Shown: piece after piece, positions 36,684-44,868 of the stretch
Layout of the letters: every line of letters begins with the position of its first letter
Numbering within the stretch: position 1 is the stretch's first letter
From: Candidatus Berkelbacteria bacterium
GTDB taxonomy: Bacteria > Patescibacteriota > UBA1384 > 2-12-FULL-50-11
Reading direction: 5' to 3'
Assembly: GCA_016432625.1 (NCBI GenBank)
Contig: CP066697.1
Coordinates: 392,409 to 456,408, forward strand
Length of the DNA: 64,000 nucleotides
Made by a program: the position numbers and the translations under genes
The notes under the pieces: model-generated
What the model was told of the DNA's origin: nothing
Databases searched by the model: none
What the model saw: only the letters and a program-made list of their open reading frames with translations

Positions 36684-39600
36684 GATAATTCTGAGAAGAT
36701 TTCACAGAGTTCGCAGCCTTGGTCAAACGAATCGCGAGCGTGGATAAATGTGTCAGCGGCAAGGATCTTTTCGTAAGTTTCTTTGACGTCTTTGGCAAGG
36801 CTGTCAATTTCGTCGTTTGTGATTCGAAAGGGTTCTTCACGGAAAGTGTGCTTGTCGTCCAGAAACTTTAGAGCGAACTCAGCGGCGTGATACGGGAAAT
36901 GCCGATCTTCGCGAGCGAGTAACGCATAAAATACTAACTGCTCTTTCAACTTGCCGTCTGATGACTTCGTCTGTCCCTCAATTTGAGAACGAGTTTTCGC
37001 CTGAGCGCCAGTCTTATAGTCGACGACCTTAACTGTTCGAGCAAGCGGATCGATAATATCAAGTCGGTCGTACTTACCGCTAACCCAAATCGAATCTAAC
37101 ATCACGTGGTGACTCGCAAAACTATACTCTACGCCGACAGGTGGTAATTCGTCTTTTGTTTTAACGTGGAGGTAGTACTCCTCAAGAAGATTTTTAGCCT
37201 GAGTAATAATTGCCGTCTTGCCGCGGAAGAACTCAAAATGCCGCGAAGCTTGTTCACAATAATTTAGTAGAGCAGTTTTAGTTGGAAGGGTTTTACGCGT
37301 TCGAAATTGTTTATAGAACAGCTCCAGAGCGCGATGCAGAATATCGCCGTAAATTAAACGCGGGTCGGGGCGGCTCGGAAAGCGTAGGACAGATTTTAAT
37401 AGATATTGTTTAGGACAGGTTTTATATGTCTCATAATCCGTGAACGTAAATGGTTTTTCTCGAATTAATTCGCGGATAACTTTCTTCTCTTCATTACGAA
37501 CGAAAACCGCTTGGTTAGGAGTAATTGCGGTAGTAAGAATTTCATTAGCCTGCGAGACGCTTGGCTCATACGACTCTCTTTCTAGGTGCGACTCAACTTC
37601 GGAGACGAACTGACTCGGTAGGACCTCACGACCCTCCTCATCGTATTTAGAGTAGCTTAAGTACAATTGATTCTTGGCGCGGGTCATCGCCACATAGAAA
37701 AGTCGGCGCTCGTCTTCAATCGGCGATTCATCCCAATCGTCTAGATTAACAATTGATCCTGGAAGCTTGATGAGCTCTCGTTTGCCGCGATCGTTCCAAG
37801 ATTTCGTACTAACGTTTGGCAGAAAAACCGTGTCAAATTCTAAGCCTTTAGCGCCATGAACGGTATTCACAAAAACCCCTTCAACTTTAGGCCCGAGGCG
37901 GTGAACTGGTAGCCGGACACGATATTGACGCAGCAAGTCTATGTAGTCCAAAAACTCTTCCAGCCCACTTCCTGGGTTTTGAATACTGAAACGTTTCGCT
38001 TCGTTGATAAATGCTTTAATGATTTCCAGGCGCTCTAAAGCGTCTCTTTGTTGACTTACTTCTTTTAGGATTCTCGAAGACGAAATGATCTCCTCAAAGA
38101 ATTCCGGCAGGCTTAGCATTCGCACCCGTTGCTGATAGTTGCCTAGCGTCTCGAGTGCTGCGCGCAACGTCTTGTTTTCTTTAGCACTAAGCGCGAGAAA
38201 ATCGATAGCCTTCTGCCACGACTTAGTTTCGTGGAAAGCACGTGCCAGACGGGCCAGAACGATAGGGGAGAGTGTGGTGATTAAATTCAGCGCTGGGGCA
38301 ACGTAGATTGGGTCACTCATATCATTAATGGCCCTTAGCAGACCAACGATCTGACGTACATCTGGCTCGTTCATTAAATTAGTGCTTTCAACGCCAGCTA
38401 CTGAGATGCCACTTTTTGCCGCAAATTCGCGGAAACTCTTTACTTCGTCGTTACGCCTAAGGAGTACAGCGACTTCTTGAGGGGGCAGATTTTTATCGAA
38501 GCGCTTTTTAATTTGCGCTACTATCCACGCGTATTGCGCTTCCGCCGAGGCAGTATTTATAAGTTTCAGTTCAGACTTATCGTTACTACGTGTTGGTGAA
38601 AGTATCGTCTTAAGTTCTGGCAAGAACCTAGTTAGTTGATAATTATTACGGTTAATTAACGCCGTGGACGCATCTAGGATTCGTTTAGCGCTACGATAAT
38701 TTTCCGTTAGGCTGATAACTTTTAGCGCTGGGTATTTCCTAACAAAGCGAAGCATGTTGGCAACGGAAGCGCCCTGAAATCGATAGATAGCTTGCTTGTC
38801 ATCGCCGACAACACAAAGGTTGGGGTTGGGGAAAAATTCGGCTAGTGATTCGACGAGTGAATTTTGGGCGTTGTTAGTATCTTGATACTCATCAACCAAA
38901 AAGTACTGAAATCGTTCCTGGTAGTACGCTATGACGTCCGCTTCCTCCTGCAGGCCCTGTACGGCAAAGATTATCATATCCTCATAGTCATAGAGGTTTC
39001 GTCTTTTTAATTCCTTCTGATAGGCAGCGTAAACTCGTGATAGCTCAACGTTCAATGCTTCAGCGCGCTTTATAGCCTGACGCTGCAATTCAGTGATTCT
39101 CTTCGCGGTTAACTTACTCTTAGCTTCCTTGCGGGCAAGTTGAGCAAGTGTTTCAGGTAAAACGTTTTCTTGTTTGGCCTTACGGATTGCTTCGGCGATG
39201 CTCGGAACGTGAAAGGTCGGTGCCCGAACTGGTCGAAGGGCAATTAGCGAGGTATCGTGCTCAACAATACGGTGGATAATCTGCAGGCGTTCCAATTCGC
39301 CGACCTGCATCGCTTCAACGGCAAAACCGAAGACGTAGGGGAATGTGGTGATGACTTCATTCGCAAACCCATGGAAGGTCGCCACCGTGACTTGGTAAGC
39401 GTCTGAACCAATAATCTTTTCTAACCGACTCCTTAAGGCCGTGACGCCCGCTTCAGTAAAGGTGAGCGCTAGGATATTGCGGGCATTAAGTTGGGTCTGG
39501 TTAAGAATCTCAGCAATACGCATTGCCACGACCTGGGTTTTGCCGGTTCCCGGGCCGGCCACGACCATAACCGGGCCTTCGATCGTCCGAACGGCTTTTT

Positions 39601-39700
39601 TTTGCGCCGGATTAAGACGGGCGAATTCGCGTTCGAAAACCTGGTTCTTTTTTGCTGTATTCATCAGGGTCAGACTACCGAGTTTGCCTAGTAATGCCAA
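36680..39700 (-). CDS. UvrD/AddA-like SF1 DNA helicase fused to a C-terminal PD-(D/E)XK (RecB-family) nuclease
   Basis: Motif I VVAGPGTGKTQV, motif II FLVDEYQDTN. C-terminal RLDIIDP...VVDYKTG nuclease motif and a CELCEI cysteine pair. Confidence 0.75.
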   Translation of the reverse strand: MALLGKLGSLTLMNTAKKNQVFEREFARLNPAQKKAVRTIEGPVMVVAGPGTGKTQVVAMRIAEILNQTQLNARNILALTFTEAGVTALRSRLEKIIGSDAYQVTVATFHGFANEVITTFPYVFGFAVEAMQVGELERLQIIHRIVEHDTSLIALRPVRAPTFHVPSIAEAIRKAKQENVLPETLAQLARKEAKSKLTAKRITELQRQAIKRAEALNVELSRVYAAYQKELKRRNLYDYEDMIIFAVQGLQEEADVIAYYQERFQYFLVDEYQDTNNAQNSLVESLAEFFPNPNLCVVGDDKQAIYRFQGASVANMLRFVRKYPALKVISLTENYRSAKRILDASTALINRNNYQLTRFLPELKTILSPTRSNDKSELKLINTASAEAQYAWIVAQIKKRFDKNLPPQEVAVLLRRNDEVKSFREFAAKSGISVAGVESTNLMNEPDVRQIVGLLRAINDMSDPIYVAPALNLITTLSPIVLARLARAFHETKSWQKAIDFLALSAKENKTLRAALETLGNYQQRVRMLSLPEFFEEIISSSRILKEVSQQRDALERLEIIKAFINEAKRFSIQNPGSGLEEFLDYIDLLRQYRVRLPVHRLGPKVEGVFVNTVHGAKGLEFDTVFLPNVSTKSWNDRGKRELIKLPGSIVNLDDWDESPIEDERRLFYVAMTRAKNQLYLSYSKYDEEGREVLPSQFVSEVESHLERESYEPSVSQANEILTTAITPNQAVFVRNEEKKVIRELIREKPFTFTDYETYKTCPKQYLLKSVLRFPSRPDPRLIYGDILHRALELFYKQFRTRKTLPTKTALLNYCEQASRHFEFFRGKTAIITQAKNLLEEYYLHVKTKDELPPVGVEYSFASHHVMLDSIWVSGKYDRLDIIDPLARTVKVVDYKTGAQAKTRSQIEGQTKSSDGKLKEQLVFYALLAREDRHFPYHAAEFALKFLDDKHTFREEPFRITNDEIDSLAKDVKETYEKILAADTFIHARDSFDQGCELCEIFSELS

Positions 39701-39779
39701 GTGAAATAAGCGGGCGGCCTCGTAGGCTTGGCAGAAGACCCAAGGGATGGTAAGATTGCTCTTACAACGTTAAGGTTGT

Positions 39780-40262
39780 GGCTTTCTTCCTTCGGGAAGG
39801 GCGCAGCACCTGACAGTTCGGATCGATCATAGGCAAGGAGTGCAGCTCTCTCTTGACCCGTACTCGCCTCGAAAGAGATGGAGATTAGGTTGGCAACTGC
39901 ACACTTCCCTTTATGGCGGTTTAGCGCTTCAAGCGCTCTCGACGGTAGCTTCGGATTGGCCGACTGCTGTTTCAGTTAGGGCAGGCGAAAGCTTCCCTTC
40001 AACCGCCCGCTATGGCGCCGTGCTTCTCCTGTTGCGGGAAGGGGCCTCCAAAGGCGCTACCAACGAAACCGCTGCCTCCTGGGCAAACGAAGCCGTTGGA
40101 CTTGAATCGATCATCGATCCGCCGCGTCCGAGTGGGACTGGGCAACCGTCGGCCTGTCCGACACTTAGCCCCTCCCCTCGACGCGGGACCGCTCCCAAGA
40201 CCCTGACGGCCTGGACCCTTCAACCACGAAGAGCCCAACGCCGTCGGGGCTTCTTCATATAA
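39780..40262. ncRNA. GC-rich (~60%) non-coding block, candidate structured RNA (RNase P RNA or tmRNA not confirmed)
   Basis: ~480 nt with only a Pro/Arg-rich spurious ORF. Many GC helices. Weak resemblances to RNase P CR-II/CR-III on the minus strand did not add up to a full model. Confidence 0.25.
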
Positions 40263-40280
40263 TTAGGGTAAAATGCACCT

Positions 40281-40985
40281 ATGAAACCCGCCATAATCGC
40301 CGAAACAAACGACTACCTCGTCATTAATAAGCCAGCCGGTATGGCGACTGAGCCGCCATCTGACAGACCCACGCTACGCGATTGGCTAATTGAGGCGGGG
40401 CAGATAAGAGCAGGGGAGTGGGCGGAAGATAAAAGATGCGGCGTTGTTCACCGGCTCGACACCGACACCTCAGGCGTAATTCTGTGGGCCAAAAGCGAAT
40501 CGGCACAAGCATCCTTGCAACAGCTGTGGCAGGGGAGACAGGTTAAAAAGACTTATCTTGCCCTCGTGGCTGGCCGTAGCGAGCAAACGGGCGTCATTGA
40601 GGCCGCCATAGAACGTGACAACCGTAACGATCGACAACGCGTTACACATTTACCGACCACTAAAAGCCGAAGCGCTATTACAGAATATAAAACGCTGGGA
40701 CACGCAAAAGTGGGGGAGAGGGAAGTGAGCTTAATATCCGCTCACCCGATTACCGGGCGAACTCATCAAATACGTGTCCACCTAAAATCGATCGGCCACC
40801 CAATAATTGGTGACAAACTCTACGGCGAGAAGTCTTCAGACGAAATTTCTAGAACCTTGGGTTTAAAACGGCAATTCCTTCATGCCTTTAGTCTCGAATT
40901 ACCAGATAACAAAACCTATCAAGCGAATTTGCCGTCGGAACTCACAGAACCTTTGAGAGTACTCGACCTTCTTGGTAAAATATAA
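40281..40985 (+). CDS. RluA-family pseudouridine synthase
   Basis: HRLDTDTSGVILWAK carries the catalytic Asp. Confidence 0.85.
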   Translation: MKPAIIAETNDYLVINKPAGMATEPPSDRPTLRDWLIEAGQIRAGEWAEDKRCGVVHRLDTDTSGVILWAKSESAQASLQQLWQGRQVKKTYLALVAGRSEQTGVIEAAIERDNRNDRQRVTHLPTTKSRSAITEYKTLGHAKVGEREVSLISAHPITGRTHQIRVHLKSIGHPIIGDKLYGEKSSDEISRTLGLKRQFLHAFSLELPDNKTYQANLPSELTEPLRVLDLLGKI

Positions 40986-41012
40986 CTCACCACTAAACCT
41001 ACTAAGGAGAAC

Positions 41013-42077
41013 ATGGCATATCACGCAGTAATCATGGCGGGCGGTACCGGCACTCGTCTTTGGCCACTCAGCCGCAAGGATTCACCGAAACAATTCCAGA
41101 AGTTTATCGGCGACAAAACTCTGATCCAACAAACCTACGATCGCATTATTCAGTGTATCCCGGCCGAAAATATCTGGGTGATGACCGGAGAGCAGTACGT
41201 TGACCTCGTGAAAGCCCAGTTGCCGGAAGTTGACGTATCGCGAATTATCACCGAGCCAGTTGGTCGCAATACAGCGCCAGCAACTGGATTAGCAATGCTT
41301 CGTATTGCCGAGATTGATCCACAGGCAATTGTCTTTGGCTTGTTGCCAGCCGACCACTACGTCGGCAAGATTGAGGTTTTTACCGCTGCTGTGAAGTCGA
41401 TTTTAAGCTTCTTGGAAAATCACCGCGAGTTTGTCGTGACAATTGGCATCAACCCAACCGAACCAAATACAGGGCTGGGATATATCGAGATGGGCGAGCA
41501 GCTAGAAAAAATTGGCGATAACAAGATTTTTAAAGTCGAGTCCTTCCAAGAAAAGCCAGATTTAGAAACTGCCCAGAAATACGTCGAGCAGTGGGAGTAC
41601 CTTTGGAACGGCGGCTACTATCTGTTTAGCGTGCGGGAGATGATCGAACATTATCGTCGTTTAGCGCCGGAGATCCTGGAAAAGCTCGAAAAATTTGTCG
41701 AGAACCCTAGCGACACAGAATTATATAAAACCATCCCCGCCGAACCGATAGACAAAGCAATCGCCGAGAAACTCGACAGCCTAGCCGTTGTGCCTGTGGA
41801 CATGGACTGGAGCGATATCGGCAATTGGGCAACACTTCAGGAGATCCTCGGTGGAAATGGAGCCTTAAAACAAGTGATTTTAGGGCATCACATCGGAATA
41901 AACACCGACCGTTCGTTTGTCTTCGGTAACAAAAAACTGATTGCAACCGTTGGGCTAGAGGACATAGTTGTGATAGAAACTGAGGATGCAATCCTGGTTG
42001 CTCACCGCGACGCTGTACAGGACGTAAAGAAAGTTGTAGAACAACTTCAGGAACAAGAAAAGCACGAGTATCTGTAG
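41013..42077 (+). CDS. Mannose-1-phosphate guanylyltransferase
   Basis: AVIMAGGTGTRLWPLSRKDSPKQF is the nucleotidyltransferase signature. Confidence 0.75.
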   Translation: MAYHAVIMAGGTGTRLWPLSRKDSPKQFQKFIGDKTLIQQTYDRIIQCIPAENIWVMTGEQYVDLVKAQLPEVDVSRIITEPVGRNTAPATGLAMLRIAEIDPQAIVFGLLPADHYVGKIEVFTAAVKSILSFLENHREFVVTIGINPTEPNTGLGYIEMGEQLEKIGDNKIFKVESFQEKPDLETAQKYVEQWEYLWNGGYYLFSVREMIEHYRRLAPEILEKLEKFVENPSDTELYKTIPAEPIDKAIAEKLDSLAVVPVDMDWSDIGNWATLQEILGGNGALKQVILGHHIGINTDRSFVFGNKKLIATVGLEDIVVIETEDAILVAHRDAVQDVKKVVEQLQEQEKHEYL

Positions 42078-42085
42078 AGGGAGAT

Positions 42086-43345
42086 ATGTTAAGACACAAA
42101 TTCTGGATCGGCCTCGTATTCATCCTAGCTATTATCGGCCTCGGCGCTCACACTAGTTTGCCATCTACAGAAAACTTGTTTGGCCGGCCGGTAAAAATAA
42201 GCCAAGGTTTGGATCTGCAGGGTGGAGTACGCCTTGTATACGAGCTCGATTACTCCAAAACAACGAATGAAGACCGAACTGAGGCCATAAATTCGACGGT
42301 CAAGGTTATTGAACGAAGGGTAAATAGTACCGGCGTTGCTGAGCCAACGATTCAGCCAGGAAAATTGGGCAAGAGTGATGTCGTTACTGTAGAGCTGCCG
42401 GGAATAGAGGACGTCAACAAGGCTATCGACCTGATTGGTAAGACTGCCCAGCTAGAGTTTAGAGAGGCGGGGAGTGAAGAGAACCAAGAGTGGCTGCCAA
42501 CAGGACTGAGTGGCAAGCAACTTGATAAAGCTACGGTGACTTTCGATCAAACAACCAATCGGCCGCAAGTCAGCATGAAATTCAACAGCGAAGGCACCAG
42601 GCTCTTTAGTGAAATTACGGAGCGTAATATCGGTAAACCGGTTGCTATTTTCCTTGATGACGAGATAATTTCCGCCCCAACGGTGCAGCAAAAGATCGTT
42701 GAGGGGGAGGCGGTGATCACTGGTGACTTTACCTTAGATGAAGTTAAAGACTTGACCAATCTGCTGAACGCCGGCGCCTTAGACGTGCCTATTAAACTAG
42801 TCGAACAGCGAACTGTAGGCGCGACGCTTGGCGAAGAGTCGGTCAAAAAAAGTCTTGTTGCTGGCTTGATTGGTCTTAGTTTAGTAGTCCTATTTATGCT
42901 TCTAAATTACCGTTTAGCAGGATTAATTGCCGTCCTGGCATTAAGCGGATATGCCATTATTACTTTCGCCATCTTTAAATATATTCCTGTAACCCTAACG
43001 TTGGCTGGACTCGCAGGATTTATTCTCTCTATCGGTATGGCGGTTGATGCCAATATCTTAATCTTTGAGCGTTTACGCGAGGAGCTTGCTGCCGGCAGAG
43101 ACTTGAAAGTCGGCTTAAGCGAGGCGTTTCGTCGAGCCTGGCCGTCGGTGAGGGATTCAAACATGGCAACGCTTATTACTTGCGCCATTTTATTCTTTAC
43201 CACTACCGGTTCGATCAAAGGGTTTGCCTTAACGCTGGCTATCGGCGTGCTGATTTCAATGTTCAGTTCGATTACTGCGAGCCGTAGTTTCTTGCGGTTA
43301 TTTGCCAAGTTACCGGTATTTGCTAGAGGGTTGGAGAAAATATGA
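42086..43345 (+). CDS. secD: Protein translocase subunit SecD
   Basis: Periplasmic domain plus six C-terminal TMs. GLDLQGG motif. Confidence 0.85.
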   Translation: MLRHKFWIGLVFILAIIGLGAHTSLPSTENLFGRPVKISQGLDLQGGVRLVYELDYSKTTNEDRTEAINSTVKVIERRVNSTGVAEPTIQPGKLGKSDVVTVELPGIEDVNKAIDLIGKTAQLEFREAGSEENQEWLPTGLSGKQLDKATVTFDQTTNRPQVSMKFNSEGTRLFSEITERNIGKPVAIFLDDEIISAPTVQQKIVEGEAVITGDFTLDEVKDLTNLLNAGALDVPIKLVEQRTVGATLGEESVKKSLVAGLIGLSLVVLFMLLNYRLAGLIAVLALSGYAIITFAIFKYIPVTLTLAGLAGFILSIGMAVDANILIFERLREELAAGRDLKVGLSEAFRRAWPSVRDSNMATLITCAILFFTTTGSIKGFALTLAIGVLISMFSSITASRSFLRLFAKLPVFARGLEKI

Positions 43346-43472
43346 GGACAAAAAACAGCAACGATCTTAGGCCGCGTCAAAAGCCTGCTGACTTTTGCGC
43401 TCCCGCTCGACTACGCGTCTGCGCGAAGCCTAAGACCATTTCTGTTTTTCTTATCAGAAAAGAAGGGGGCGA

Positions 43473-44399
43473 ATGATTTACCGATTTCTGGGAAAGAAAA
43501 AACTTTTTTGGTTCGCCTTATCCGTAGCCTTAATGATTCCCGGAATTATTGCGCTAAGCGTCTGGAAATTGCCATTTGGCATTGACTTCCGAGGCGGGGC
43601 AGTAATTGAGCTCGCCTTTGAGAAGCCAGTAGCAGAAGGGGAGTTGCGCACAAAAATAACAGGTATGCAACAGGTTCAGGGAGCTCAGATCGCCAGCACA
43701 GGGGAGAACACTTACTTAATTAAGACCTTGCCAATCGAACAGAGTAATTATCGTTCTTTAGTCGAGGAATTAGGGAAAAGTTATGGGAAAGTGACCGAGA
43801 AACAATTTCAAAACGTCGGACCGTCCGTTAGCAAGGATTTAACCCGGAAAGCCGTTATCGCCGTAGTTCTGGCATCGCTACTAATCGTCATGTACCTCGC
43901 CTATTCCTTCCGCGGCGTTACGTACCCCGTCTCCTCGTGGAGATTTGGTGTTGTAGCGGTCGTCGCCTTGCTACACGACCTTGTCATTGCTACAGGAGTT
44001 TTCTCGATCTTAGCGCACTTCTTTCACTTTGAAGTTGACGCGTCGTTTATCACCGCCCTTCTAACAATCATGGGCTTTTCGGTTCACGACACAATTGTTG
44101 TTTTCGATAGAATCAGAGAGAACCTTAGTAGTCACAGGGATGCTGGCGGCCAAAATTTCGAGTTGATCGCTGATGAGTCCCTGTCCCAAACCCTAAATCG
44201 ATCACTGGCAACCAGCTTAACGGTGATCTTTACCTTAACGGCACTGACCGTACTTGGTGGCGAAAGTATTCGTGCCTTCGTCGTCACACTTCTAGTTGGA
44301 ATAGCGATCGGAACCTACTCGTCCATTTTTACCGCGACACCGCTTTTAGTTGTTTGGCAAAACCGCGTATTGCGCCGCACGTCAGCGACAAAAATTTAA
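43473..44399 (+). CDS. secF: Protein translocase subunit SecF
   Basis: GIDFRGG motif. Six TM segments. Confidence 0.85.
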   Translation: MIYRFLGKKKLFWFALSVALMIPGIIALSVWKLPFGIDFRGGAVIELAFEKPVAEGELRTKITGMQQVQGAQIASTGENTYLIKTLPIEQSNYRSLVEELGKSYGKVTEKQFQNVGPSVSKDLTRKAVIAVVLASLLIVMYLAYSFRGVTYPVSSWRFGVVAVVALLHDLVIATGVFSILAHFFHFEVDASFITALLTIMGFSVHDTIVVFDRIRENLSSHRDAGGQNFELIADESLSQTLNRSLATSLTVIFTLTALTVLGGESIRAFVVTLLVGIAIGTYSSIFTATPLLVVWQNRVLRRTSATKI

Positions 44400-44868
44400 C
44401 GCGGCTGACAATTTCACCGTGCGATTTTGGATTGCGGACGGACATTGAGTCGTCTAAAAATAAAAAACGCGTCCTAGGCCAAATTTGACCTAAAGTTATA
44501 TTTTACAGGTATAAAACATATACTTATCAACGACCGGGCGCGTCAGAACAGGTGATTACCGATAAGGGCAATATGCTAACGGGGTTGCTGTTGGGATAGC
44601 GATAGCGACAACAAGCCCCGACAGCACGATGAGAATTACAACAGAAGAAATGTCGCACAATGTATCTTGTGCGACATAAAGTAGCAAAATATCATTTATT
44701 GGCTTTTCGAGAGACCCTTCAAATAAGGGCTTAATTCAGGTGAACGAGCAGCCGGTATCCAAGAGTACCGGGGAGGGTTTCCGGAAACTTTACAAAAATT
44801 ATTTCACTCATATCCCCTCCCTCCTCTGCCGCGAAAAGGGGAGGGGGACTTAAAAAGAAATTTATTAG

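Noticed and set aside
39840-40262. 140-aa ORF (Pro/Arg/Gly-rich) inside the GC-rich spacer
   Set aside because: The composition is an artefact of translating GC-rich structured DNA. There is no start context and no domain. It is treated as non-coding, a possible ncRNA region.
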